From NCBI RefSeq assembly GCF_009914755.1, contig NC_060933.1: a DNA stretch of 64,000 nt; one strand, 5' to 3'. The DNA comes from the human T2T-CHM13v2.0 reference genome, Homo sapiens. The position numbers and the translations under genes are program-made. The notes under the pieces were generated by a model, which was not told the DNA's origin, did no database searches, and saw nothing but the letters and a program-made list of their open reading frames with translations. Shown here piece after piece: positions 13,123 through 26,390 of the stretch. Numbering within the stretch: the first letter of the stretch is position 1; every line of letters starts with the position of its first letter.

Positions 13123-16100
13123 GAAAGTTTTAATGTAAATACTAATTCCAAGAATATAAAACTACCTCCAACCAGAGAATGAGAGCAACATTGTATATGA
13201 ATTTCACATTAATGGTCTCCTTTTCTTTCCTGTCATTGCTATTTTCTTTTCCCCTCATATAAAAAGTTACTGGGAGGCATAAATTTTCATTAATAACACA
13301 ACTCAGCCAAAGCATTCTCACTGAAAAGAATTAGCAATCCAGGCAGGGTACTGGAAAGTGAATCTCAATGAGAATACTTTACAAGGCAAATTACAAAGGA
13401 GACTATAATTATCAATTTCTTTCAATGCTGTTCTGCTTAATAGTATGTAGAGAGAAAAGTGTTGGGAAATTGACTTGATGCAGATTTAGGAATTGGTGGG
13501 ACTACTTTAAAGAGATCAACAACAAATTGCTCTTTTAACCTTAGATCACAACATGAGCCACATGTCATATGTCTCAGGAGCATGAAAACAATTTGTCAGA
13601 AATCATTCTCTGAATGTTTTTAAAATTATATTTTCTTTTTACTTAATGAAGGATGATTTCTGCAGCTGGATTATATGTTTCTTAAAGGCACAAGCTCCTA
13701 TATTTTTATACGTCCCAGGACTAACATAGTGACACTTGTTCACAGCTCAAAATCTACTTGCTCATTAACTACATTTTCTGTGATTTTCACTTGTCTTGTT
13801 ATTTGTCTCATGACAATTTCCACCTCTGCTCACTTCTGCCCCATTATTCACCATGAAAAATATCCTGCATTTTAGTTACATTAACTGAGTCACTGTTAAT
13901 ATACTTGCGTCTCTTTTTCTTTTCTTTTTTGCATATAAACATACACTGCCAAGATCTGGAGCAAAAACTTGGTCATCCTCTCACTGATCTTGTTAGAAAC
14001 TGAAGTTCCCCTTCCAAAATTCACTTGCCATTAGGTGGGATCCTTGCTACTTGCTTCTCAGCTCTCCTGGTACCTGCCTAATGACCACTGACAGGCTCAC
14101 CTAACTTTTGACAGACAAATTCTCATTCTCCCATATCCTACTTCTGAAGCTTCCTAGATCAACTAACTGCCCACTCTTGAAGGTCTGCCCTGGCTACAAA
14201 TGTTAAACTCATTGCTTACCTTGAACTTTGCTCAAAAAATCCATACTCTAAAAATTGGAGAATAGAAAATCTACAAAAAGCTATGAAGCATAAAGTAGTA
14301 CGTGCCTATCCTTGTAGGATTTGAGATACAAGAACAAGCTGTTAAAGGTATATAGAGCCCAAATGTGAATTATGATTTTTGCATTACTAAATTCCAATGC
14401 AACATGATTTATTCAATAATTATCCATAAAATAAAATCCTGGCATCAATGAATGTATGTATATACTCTATTATAATAATTCCAATAGTACTCTACAAAAT
14501 TATTTTACATTAATTTGCAAAAAATAAATGATGCTTAAATTATGAAAATAATGATATTAGTAAACTTCAAAAGGCAATCAAAATATATTCCACCATGATG
14601 TTATGGTTCTTTCATCTGATCTTCTGGAAATAAGCATTTAAAAGGATGGGAAGGAGAAAACTTAAAAAAAAAAAACTATGCACATGCTACTATTTTCTTG
14701 AATCTTCACAATAACCCCAAAAGTTAGGTAATTACATACTCATTTTAAAGTTAAGGATTCTGGGCTAAAGAGATTTGGTAACAAGTTGAGAGTCAGTAGG
14801 GATAGTGATACGCTTCAGCTCATTGGGTAGTTGTGAAAAATACATGAGAGTTGAATCGATTTCAACAAACACTGAACATTTTCTATGTGCCAGAAAAAAA
14901 AAGTCTATTTTCCTCATTTAATATTTAAATGATTTAATATTTCCAGGTAGATGAATGAACATTTAGTATGAATATTAATATGGATCTAGGGTCCCATGTA
15001 GACTTTTCGCTCCTTAGAATCAGAAATAATATCTTTTCCACAGGTGTATTCTTAGCACCACACAATATTCTCGGTCCATAGATGGTACCAAGTAAATATA
15101 TTATTTATCAAATAAATAAATGATAATCTGGCATTCTTATAAGACTGTTGCCTAGACATATTTGAAACTTCAAAGTATTTATACCGTTAAGTAATATTAT
15201 TGTATGTGCTTTGAAATTTAAAGTGAAGACAATATGTTTGCATATTGTTACTATCAAAAATCAGTCTTCTGAGATTGTATTAGATAACTTATAAACATAA
15301 TGCATATGTCCAATAAAAACCAATAGTTGATTTCAAAAAATTATTTTAATAAGGTATATTACACATTCATGTTTTTTCATAAACTGAATAAATGAGGCAT
15401 ATATTTATTCTTCTGTGTCTGATGAATTTACTTCTGTATCATAGTAATCATGGTTTTGTAATTTTTCCAATCTGTAAATTTGAGTGTCTCTTTTATTTTT
15501 ATCTATTGTTATTTTGTCAGCTATCCCTTTTTGACACTGACAGTATATCTGATTTAAACAGACTTACTGCCTCTTTCTAACTCCCTGCAGTCTGGAAAAC
15601 CAGTTGGAATTATGCTTAATATAGGAGCAAATACATTATGCACAACACTCACATAAGATATATCTCTTCTTAAATCTCAGAGTCCTTTTAGGATCTTAGT
15701 TATTTTCTTGGGAATCAAGCTTGCAAAATAAATGGCCTTTGGACAAGTGAAATATTGAACTGTTTGCAAAACTATCTGAGAACTATTAGCAAAACGTAGC
15801 TTATGTCTAATTTAAACATATTTCCCAATACTAAAAACTCAGCCTTGCAGTATAGGTGACTTTTAAAGTCCAGATTATAGACTGCTTGCTACAAGAGAAA
15901 GATGCTATTAGAAACATACATAAGAATATAGTGCAATAGGGGAAAGGAAAGCAAAAGAAATAACTTCATGTAATACATAGTAATGGAGAAATGGGGGAAA
16001 TTGAAAATCTTCCTGGTGTGTAATCAGAAAAATGATCTTTCAATGAAAAGATGCTATATAAAATATAATGCATCTGTAACAGGAAATTTTACTCCTCCCT

Positions 16101-17249
16101 CTGGGAATTAATTCCTCTACTGTGCAGGTATTTGGGAAGAAGTGGTATGATAGATGGTATTCTACAGCAATGAATTCCTCCCAGCCTGGAGGGCAAGTGT
16201 GTGGTTTGTGTGTGGGGGGAGGGGTGGAGGAGTGGGAGGTGAAGAAAAGGTAAGTGAGCAAGAACTCAACTTCGTCATACAAATAGACTAAAAATGTCTA
16301 GAAACTGTTGTATCATTTCCTTTTTAGTTCAACCTAACTTTTTTTTAAAACCCTACAATCTCCGCAGTGTAGAAACAACTAGAGAGTATTGAAGATACAA
16401 TATAACCCTAAACACTTGGGCATAAATTCATTCTTGTTTGTCTTTCTTCTTTATCATCATAGTCTTTTTCTTTTCTTATATGAAGAAAAATCTACAGTTT
16501 GCTACAAATATTTGATTCACTTTTATAACAACATAAAATGATAGAAGATAGTACTGGAAATTGAAGTTGATTCTAAAGGAATACAAATCAAAATAATGTT
16601 CCGGATGGGCTTTTTGAAACATATTATACAATATCGAGATAATAAGACAATTCTTGATCTGCCTCACTAGGAGCCTAAAGTGCTATACAAGCAGTATTTT
16701 CACAGTCTCAGTGCTCTCTCCCTACCATTCATCCCTCACTATCATTTACTTCGTGGCTTTCTGAAATGGTGTTTCCTGGCCATACAGGGTATCTTAAATT
16801 TGTGTTTACTCCATCAAAAATAGCAACACATTTTGTATCAAACAAAGTCCTAATGACTTAGGTTGGGCATGTATTATTTTTTCTTGACTGGAAATAACTA
16901 AAACATGAAAATAAAAAGAAATGTTAGATTCTTAAAGATGTAAACAATTGCTCTAATGAGTAACAAATATTGAGAATTGATGTCCTGAAAGATAGGGCTC
17001 ACTTCCCTACAGCTGATGCATCAGCTGATCTGACTTAGCACAGTCTGTGAATCAATGTCATTGTTGTTTTTATTTGCAGGGATGTGGAGAGGAGAGTAAG
17101 AGGATAGTTTCTGAGAGTCTAATATGGACAAAAGTTACAAAAACATCAGGCTCCAAAGGCAAGTAGTAGTTCCTGATTATATCTGTTAATGACTCTCAGG
17201 CAAAGAAAAGTAATTGTTGTGCAGTCTATGACATTACAGCAATGGTGAC

Positions 17250-17440
17250 AGCTCTACATATTTATCTCATTTAAATTTTTTAACTACTCTGTGAGTTATT
17301 AGATGTCAGCAGTCCATTTTACAGATGAGGGAACATAGGCTGAAAGAGAATCAGTGACTTAGTCTAATGTTACAAACTGAGCAACCACAGAGCCAAGATT
17401 TGAAGCATCATCTGTCTCCTTTCAAAATCTGTATTCATTC
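17250..17440 (-). mobile_element. MIR SINE
   Basis: CCATTTTACAGATGAGGGAACATAGGCTGAAAGAG...AGAGCCAAGATTTGAA. Confidence 0.8.
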
Positions 17441-17807
17441 TCCTCTAATGTTATGTCTTATCTCAACACTATTCTTTATCTTTATCTTTGTTTACATAAG
17501 TCCTAAGTCATGCTACCTTCTAATCTCATAGAATCAGAGTAACTGAATGGATTTCCCAGAGAACCTGACTCTGTCCATTAGGGTTAGATGAAGAGAGAAC
17601 AGTCATTTAGCTGCCATTATAATTGTTAGTAACTGTTGCAGAATCCCTAAGGTGAAATTATTTCAGTTTAAATAATACAGAATTATGGCAGATAATTTGA
17701 TTTTTAACAATTTTTTTACAAATAAAACAAAAACCAATGCCCTTATTTTCATTTTACAATCAGCAGAAAGGGTCACACACTAGAATAACATTCATCATGC
17801 TCTAGCT

Positions 17808-17832
17808 AAAAAAAAAAAAAAAAAAAAAAAAA
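17808..17832. repeat. Poly(A) tract, 25 nt
   Basis: Uninterrupted A run with no recognisable retroelement body upstream. Confidence 0.95.
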
Positions 17833-20180
17833 TTATACCTGAGTTTGCAATTTGCAATGACATCTCACTTTTGAAAGGGATCAAGCACACTTGGTCCACA
17901 ATTGAAGACCACAAATAGGGGGAAAAAATGGAGTTGTAAATTTCTGTCACCTTTCTCTTCAACCATTATTTTACAGGGCTCCAAAAATTTACATAGATTA
18001 CATATAAATGATTTTTTAGTTTGTGCTATTATTTATTGAAGGGATAAAAATTAATCATAATTCTTGCTCACACTCATAGGATATTAGTGATGAAAATATC
18101 TTTGGGCATTTTCTAGTTTAATTACCTCCCCCCACAATTTTAAAAACAAGGAAACAGTGGCTCAATGAAGTAATGTGGATTCATAGAGTAACTTGGTTGT
18201 GAGTGGTAATTAAGTTCTGAGGATTTTTCCAAGGAACTATCTATTCTGAACTAAAAATTGAAAAAAATTACCCATCATAGGATTTCTAAGCCAACTTGGT
18301 GACACCTTAAAGAGCAATGTCTTTTAACATTAAGTTTTGCAAGACAGTGTATGTCTGCAAATCGTGGGAACTACATACAGGGTTAAATATCCTGAACAAA
18401 GAATACTAGGGCTAGAAGATGACATTTAGTTTCTGGTTTACAAAAGACACTTCTGTTTTACACTATTATCCTCAGGGAGTGATTAATAGCGCTTTTTTTT
18501 TTCCTATCAAAAGTTTCTTGGTTTGGGCAACAAATTTTATTGTTTCACAAGTTACCCTAGTCTTTGTTATTGGTATCTATAATTCTTTACCTAGATATGT
18601 AACATCACGTATTAAAGGAAAAATGACATTGTATAGGAGAGCTTAGCCATTACTTTCAATTTAGTGTGAAGAAATTTATCAAATCTCTTTTGTCTGATGC
18701 CTGAACTATAATCGATTTTTTGAATGAGTGGGATGGCAGAACAAAAGAACACTGGCACCAAAAGGCCAAAAAATATATAAATAAGTAAAAAAGAAAGAAA
18801 AATGGGATGAAGAAAAATGAGAAAAGTGTTCACCTGTCTTCCAATTTTGCCCATGGATAGTCTGGATTATAGGTATACTAGGACTTTTCATTTCTACTGA
18901 CAAAAAGATCAAGTAATGTAAATTAAATAGGAGGGTTTAAGACTTGAGTATTAGGGGCAAATGGCTTGTAAAAGGTCATCTGAACTGCCATAAAGGAAAA
19001 ATCATGGACATTTACTTGACCTTACACAGACAAATATGTGTGCATGTTTGTGCTGTTGTATACAAAAATATTCACTTAAGATGGCTTCAGGGAAGGGGAG
19101 AGAGCCAAGATGAGCCATTGAAGAGTTTTATAATTCAATCATAAAAATAAAATGAAAAAAATGATGATTTACTGAAAATAGGGTAAGCCTATGATAGCTG
19201 TTTTAATTGAGTGCATTTGGCAGGAAAAAATATCTTTAACAGAGCCAATACATTTAAAGCACCTTGTATTCACTCCTCCCTGTCACAATAAAGATAATTA
19301 TTTTTTATTTAAAGTTAGAGGAAATGAGCCTGTTTTCATCTTAATGTACTTCACATTATGCCTGTATAAGGAGGAAATCCATAAGTTATAGAGAATCAAA
19401 ATATTGCTAGGGTTTTCTGCATATTTATCAAGACAAAACATTTCCCTAACACTTAAGGTTGGGAAGACAATATTCTGTTCAGGGAAACGACCTCACAATT
19501 CTTGTAGTCTATGGTATGAATTATTATTTCATAATACAATATTTCAATATTTTCCCATGTAATTAAATTAGCAAATGTATTTTATACAACATAGGATCTA
19601 AGCTACAGAGTGATTGGCATAAATTCTATTCCTATGTTACACTATAACTACTTTGTTATCTCCCTGTTTATCTGCCAAGAAAGTAGTTATAATCAGAAGG
19701 CTTTTCCATGTTCAGTTTTCTTGAAGAATAAACATAAATTAATACAAAATAAATCTAAGTTTTATATTATAGTTGTTTGGATGAATGGACATTCAATCTT
19801 CTGTTTAATAACACCTACTAATGGTTGTTTTCGTTTGCTGTACATGGCTGTCATCTTCAATGATTTTTGTTTCTGAAGAATATGTTAAATATACAGTTCC
19901 TTATATGCAAAACTAAAAATGTTCCTGCTTTGAAAGCCATGTGTTTGTGGAAGAAATGTATTAATGACATCTGGGGTATAATTTCAGGGAAAATAAACAT
20001 GCCTAAATGAATAGGTCATAACTTCCGTATTTCCTCTCAATTTATTTTACTGTATTGTTAAAGAAACTCTTAGAAATTCTTGGTAAAGGCCATCATCGGC
20101 TTTTTATTTTAGAGTGGGGAACTTGGCTATAGAAAATTACTTAATAGCTCACTACTTAAGGTTTCCAAGACAACATTTCA

Positions 20181-22150
20181 ACATTGGATTTGACATAGAT
20201 TTCTTGAGCAACACCCCACAAGCACAGGCAATCAAAACAAAAATAGACAAATGGAATAATATTGAGACAGGATAGTTCCCCTGACCAGTTTGTGGGACTC
20301 ATGAAGGGGTGGCTTGCTTACTCAGCCCGCAGTGCTCAAAACCCTTGTGGGAGTAGGAGCACACAGGTGAGAAGGTGCAGGAGCAGGGGCAAGTAACTTT
20401 GGGCGCCGCCCCCCCGCCCCACATACAGGCCTGTGGCAGTGTCTACAGGTTGCATGCGACCTCTGGATCCTGAAAGGGTGAGTGTTACAGTGTACTCTTT
20501 GTTTTGCTGTCTGTGGATGGCTTAAGTGTTAAAACAGCTCAGTGGAGAGTCAGTGTGACAGCGTCTTGCACCCATACCTGGGTCCTTGTCCTCTCATTCC
20601 AAGAGGAATGAGGTCACAAGGACTTGAAGGATGGTGAACATAGAAATTTTATTGAGTGGTGGAAGTGGCTCTCAGTAGGATGGAAAGCTGGCAAGGGGAT
20701 AAAGTGGGAAGGCGGCCTAACCATCCCCGGCTGAACTCCTCTCTGACCGTTGTCTCTGATGTCCAGCTGCTTCTTCTCCTCTCAACGTTCAGATGCTTCT
20801 TTCTTTTGTGTGTGTGCGCTGAGTTTGGGATCTGGGGTTCTTATGAGCACAAGATAGGGGGCATGGTAGGCCAAAAGGCAACATTTGGTTGAGAAAACAG
20901 GGAAGTGAAGTTCTCACTTAGGGCCACAAATTCAGGCTTGAGGGTGGAGCCCTTGCCAGGGACTCCGCCCTCTTTTACCCAATATTTCCCTGCTTCCTGT
21001 TCATATCAATATCAAGTTAAAAAGCTTCTGCATAGCAAAGGAACCAATCAAGAAATTGAAGAGACGATCCACAGAATAGGAGAAAATATTTGCAAACTAC
21101 CCTTCTGAAAAGGGATTAATAACCAGAATATATAAGGAGCTCAAACAGCACTATAGGAAAAAATTGAATAATCCAGTCAAAAATGGGTTAAAGATCTGAG
21201 TAGACATTTCTTAAAATAAGACACAAAATGGCAAACAGGCATATGAAAAAGGTACTCAACATCGCTGATCATCAGAGGAATACAAATCAAAACTACAATG
21301 AGATATCCTGTCACCCCAGTTAAAATGGTTTTTATCCAAAAGACAGGCAATAACAAATGCTGATGAGGATATGCAGAAAAGGGAACCACTGTGCACTGTT
21401 GGTGAGAATGTAAATTAGTACAACCACTATGGAGAACAGTTCAGAGGTTTCAAAAAAAAAACTAAAAACAGAGCTACCATATAATCCAGCTATTCCACTG
21501 CTAGGTAGATACTCCCCCAAAAAACAAAGCAGTATATTGAAGAGATACCTGCACTCCTATGTTTATTGCAGCACTGTTCACAATAGTCAAGATTTGGAAA
21601 CAACCTACATGCCCACAAACAGATGAATGGATAAAGAAAATGTGGTACATATACACAGTGAAGTACTATTCAGCCATAAAAAAGATGGCTGATCCCATCA
21701 TTTGCAGTGACATGGATGGAACCAGAGGTCATTATGCTAAATGAAATAAGCCAGGCACAGAAGGACAAACTGATCATGTTCTCATTTATTTGTGGAGGAT
21801 AAAAATTAAAATAGTTCATGAGACAGAGAGTAGATGATGAGTTTGGGAAGGGTAGGTGGAAGAGGGGGAGGTGGTGATGATAAATGGGTACAAATAATAG
21901 AGTTAATAAGATCTAGTATTTGATAGCACATCAGTGTCACTATTGTCAGTAATAATTTAATTGTACATTTTGAAATAAATGAAAGAGTACAACTGGACTG
22001 TTTGTAATACAAAGGATAGATGCTTGAGGTGATAGATACCCCATTTACTCTGATGTGACTATGACACATTTTATGCTTTTATCAAAATATTTCATATACC
22101 CCATAAATATATATACCTACTCTGTACCCACAATAATTATAAATTAAAAA
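20181..22150 (+). mobile_element. 5'-truncated L1MA (MA1-MA3-like) 3' ORF2 and 3' UTR, split by an LTR
   Basis: ORF2 C-terminal peptides (ELPYNPAIPLLG; [16 protein letters not shown]), L1MA-type 3' UTR and A tail; degenerate TSD AAGACAACATTTCA (20167-20180) / AAGACAGCATTCCA (22151-22164). Confidence 0.9.
20263..21008 (-). mobile_element. ERV1 solo LTR, MER50-like, nested in L1MA
   Basis: 746 bp, TG...CA; minus strand starts TGATATGAACAGGAAGCAGGGAAATATTGGGTAAAAGAGGGCGG; 4-bp TSD ATAT at 20259-20262 and 21009-21012; the L1 reads continuously when it is removed. Confidence 0.8.
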
Positions 22151-22410
22151 AAGACAGCATTCCATTTCACTAAAAGTGTGACTTTAACTCAAAGTGTTTT
22201 TCTCTTTTATTAAATTGAACACAAGGCATGAATAAAATTATCCAGCTATCTCTGTATCACATGCATATTGTTGAACTTTAGAAATGGTGTTACAAACTGG
22301 TTAAAAATGACTAAAATTATTGTTTATACACACTTAATCCAAACTAACTCTGCTGATGAGATACAAAGGCAAAGTGGGTGGATTTGTTCCACTAATAAAA
22401 ATAACCCTAG

Positions 22411-22719
<309 letters not shown>

Positions 22720-22744
22720 CCCTAGCTGACTCTTAACCTCAGCT

Positions 22745-23335
22745 CTTTCTCCTTTCAAATCATATACTAGAGTAGCAAACAACATAGTGAAAACAATATT
22801 GACATGAGAAACGTATAGATTCTGCTTTCCCTATGATGAAAGGCTTATAACATATTTTTTAGTCATTGGAATTCTTCTTTGTTAATGCTGAAATCATATA
22901 TCTAAAATGAACCACAATTCCTTAAATACCATAGCATGCATTTTCTCCTTCAAAAGTTAGCTTATAACACTGTTGCTTGTTTGAACAACAAACTGATTAA
23001 AACTAGAAAACTACAGTAAAATTGAAGAAGTAAATATTTTTATTACATATTATTATTTTTTATTATTTTTAATGAGTAAAAATTGGTTGATCCACTGGAA
23101 TTTTTTTAAAGAAGCCTAATTCAACACAGTGCTTATTGGGGTCATAGATTGCAAATAAAAGTCACATGAAAAATTAATCTTTACCTTTGAGTCATATATT
23201 AGAGTAGGAAATAACATAATACAACTGTGTCAACATGAATAACTAACTAATTCTGCTTTCCCTGTTTGAAAGGCTTATAACATATTTTCAAGTCATTGAA
23301 ATTATTTCCAATGCTGAAATCATATATCAAAATAA
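22745..23335 (+). repeat. Diverged local direct duplication of ~160 bp (22745-22910 vs 23179-23335)
   Basis: Collinear shared exact blocks ATTCTGCTTTCCCT, TGAAAGGCTTATAACATATTTT and AATGCTGAAATCATATATC. Confidence 0.9.
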
Positions 23336-23394
23336 TATACAAAATATACAATATTGTATTACATTCACAATGTATTTTGTTAAAAACTTTTAAA

Positions 23395-25675
23395 AAATAA
23401 TCAGGAAAGTAGCAGAATAGAAAGCTCAAAGCCCTTTTATCCATCACAGAAAACAAACACTAAAATAAATAGATAAACTTATAGACTGATTTATATAATT
23501 TAATAGTATATCTGATAGTCAAAAATCTACAGAAACCAAGCAAATGCCCAATCAAGAAAAAGCCACATTAAAAATGGTAAGAAATTTCATAGTGTTTTAC
23601 TTGCCTTTGCCCCATTCTTTATCCTATGTTGTGCTTCACAGGTGGAAGATGATGTCAATACCCAGTTCCCTCACTTGGACCAGAAAGAGCGAAGTAGATC
23701 ATATTTGCAAGGTTATAACCAGTGTGAGCACTGCCAAGGCACTAGTTTCTCACTCTCCTTACTTGGAACTCAGAAGAGGAAACAGTAGTATAGTTGGGAT
23801 CTTAGGCTAGAAACCATGTAAACCAGTGGCATGCATGCAAAAACTGCAGGAGAGAGGGGAAGTTGCAGGTCCACAGAAACTGAAGGTAAGAGATTATTGG
23901 GAAATAATACAGTAGAACATCTAAGGCCCCAAGAAGAAGCTGAGTTGAGACTCCTTGAAACATAACAGGGTCTGTGAGTGACATCTGCAAGTTGGTAGAT
24001 TAGAAAGCTCCAAGCCCTTGTTTACCCACAGGAACATTAAAAACAACAGACTGACTAATACAGGTTTTTAGGAGCTCTGGAAAGCAATCACAGTTCTACA
24101 GTATTTATAAGAGGGAAAAGCATACACACATGCTCAGACAGAATATATGCTCAGAAAAGGTCTCAGAGGACTTTATGTGTTCATATTACATTGATTAGTA
24201 AGTTTTCCCCTGCACAGAGCCAGTGTGCAAAAACTGAGGGATGTGGCCTCTTTTTTAAATGACCAAATTTCAACAAAAATATCATAAAGCATTCAAATAG
24301 ATAGGGTAATACGGTCCATCAAAAGGAACAAAGTTAACTTTCAGAAACTGTCTCTAAAGAAACACACACATCAGCCTCACTAGATAAGACTTTAAAATAA
24401 TTGTCTTAAATATGCTCTAAGAGCAAAAGAAGAATGTGGAGAAAATTCAAGGAAGTAGAGAAACAATATATGAACATAATTAAAATATTGATAAATATAG
24501 AAATCATAAAAAAGAACCAAACATAAATTATGGAGTGGAAAAATACAATATCTGAATTGAAAATTCACTAGAGTTGTTCAACAGCAACCTTGAACAAGCA
24601 AAGAAAAGAATCAGTGAACCTGAAGGAAAGTCACCTAAAACTATTAAGTCTGAAGAGAAAAAAGAAAAAAAAAAAGAGTAAAGAAAAGTGAACAGAGCAG
24701 AACCTAAGGGACTTACAGTAAACCAATCAACAGACTGCTGTACACATTATAAGAATCCAAAAAGATAAAAGAGAGATAAAGTGATACAGAGATTATTTGA
24801 AGAAATAATGGCTGAAAACTTGGCAAATTTGAGGAAATGCATGAATCTATAAGCCCAAGAAGCTCAACAAATTCCAAGTAGAATAAAGAGATTCACAAGA
24901 AGAGACATTACAATCAAATTTCTGAAGGCCAAAAACAGGGAGAGAATATTGAAAGCAGCAAGAGAAAGAACACTAATCATGTACAAGGGATCCTTGATAA
25001 ACCTATCATTGAATTTTTCAGTGGAAATTTTGCAGACCATAAAGCAGTAGGATGATATATTTAATGTGCTAAAATAAGAAAAAAACCTGTCAATCTAGAA
25101 TCTTATATTTGGCATAAAGTTTCTTCAAAAATAAGGGAGAAATTAAAACATTCACCAGACAAACAAAACTGAGGCAGTTAATTACAACTAGACTTACTAC
25201 ATATGAAATTCTAATAGGAGTCTTACAAGTTGAAATGAAAACATGATAGGCAGTAACTCAAAGTCATATGAAAATATGAAGTTCTCCAGTAAAAATGAAC
25301 ACAGGGACAAACAGAAATAAGAGTATTATTGTAATTTTGGTTTGTAACTTAACTTTTTATTTTCTACAGGATTTTAAAAAACAAATGTATAAAATAATTC
25401 TAAGTATACATAAAGGAATACCCTTTATGTATATGTATATATAGACGTAATTTGTGAAATCAATAACATAAAGATGAACAGGGTGAAGCTCTAAAGCAGT
25501 AGAGTTTTCCTATGCATTGGAGTTAAGTCTGTATGTGAAAAAGCTCTGGAGATTGATGTTGGTGATAGCTATACAATAATGAGAGTGTATTTAATCCTAC
25601 AGAATTGTACACTTGAAAACTGTTAAAGTTGTAAATTTGTTGTCATATATTTTACCAAAATAAAACAAAGAAAAA
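23395..25675 (+). mobile_element. Old L1M (L1MB/L1M4-like): 5' UTR, decayed ORF1 and inter-ORF region abutting a 3' terminus
   Basis: ORF1-like AAAGAATCAGTGAACCTGAAG and AATATTGAAAGCAGCAAGAGAAA; L1MB-type 3' end GAATTGTACACTTGAAAACTGTTAAAGTTGTAAATTTG...AAAATAAAAC from ~25530. Confidence 0.75.
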
Positions 25676-26244
25676 CGTATTTGAATTTTGCTAATTCCTG
25701 ATAATATGGCTTCATAAGCAAGAATACCATAAGACAACATAGTATTAAATTATGCACATACAAATTGTCTCAACAACATATCATCCAGGCTCTCACACTG
25801 TTTGGAAACTAATAGTACTGGAAATAAATCAACCATTACATAGCTCGCCAGAGGAAATGACTGGGAAAGTGATGGAGCTGTCACACTTGCTGCATGGGTG
25901 GGAGCCCTAGGCCCTCTGTCAAGATCATGCTGCCCTCCTGGATCACTTTCATGCCTGTTGCCCATGTGCCATCCCTAGTTTCAAATGGCTGAACAAATAA
26001 TTAGTTTTCCCAACACACGAATGGGGTATGCAATCATTCTCCTGCAACAAATTCTAATCATCGCCATTCAGCTGTGATTCTACTGTCATAAGATAGGTTG
26101 GTACCCAATGAAACAGGACAAAAATTGATAGATTATAATGTATTAATTAGCTAATGGAAAAGTCAAAGTTGAAAAAAATAGATGTTGAATTTTAAATTAA
26201 GTGGGATTGTTAGGCTTGCATACATTTAATGACATAAGGTTTTA

Positions 26245-26390
26245 TACAATTTATATATCTGTAATTATATATAATATATAATATAGTACATATATGTAAC
26301 AAATATATAAAATATAAGTAATATATAACATATATATTATACATAATTTTCTTTATATATGTTATATATAATTTTCTTTATATAATAGGA
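26245..26390. repeat. AT-rich low-complexity tract
   Basis: (TA)/(TATAA)-rich, with ATAATTTTCTTTATATA present twice. Confidence 0.85.

Noticed and set aside
12783-13182. Alu-derived ORFs (also 22334-22601 and 31685-32145)
   Set aside because: Standard Alu translation frames, not genes.
17800-17845. Orphan poly(A)25; on the minus strand a T-tract plus AG resembling an acceptor
   Set aside because: No TSD or element body, and no convincing partner donor found.
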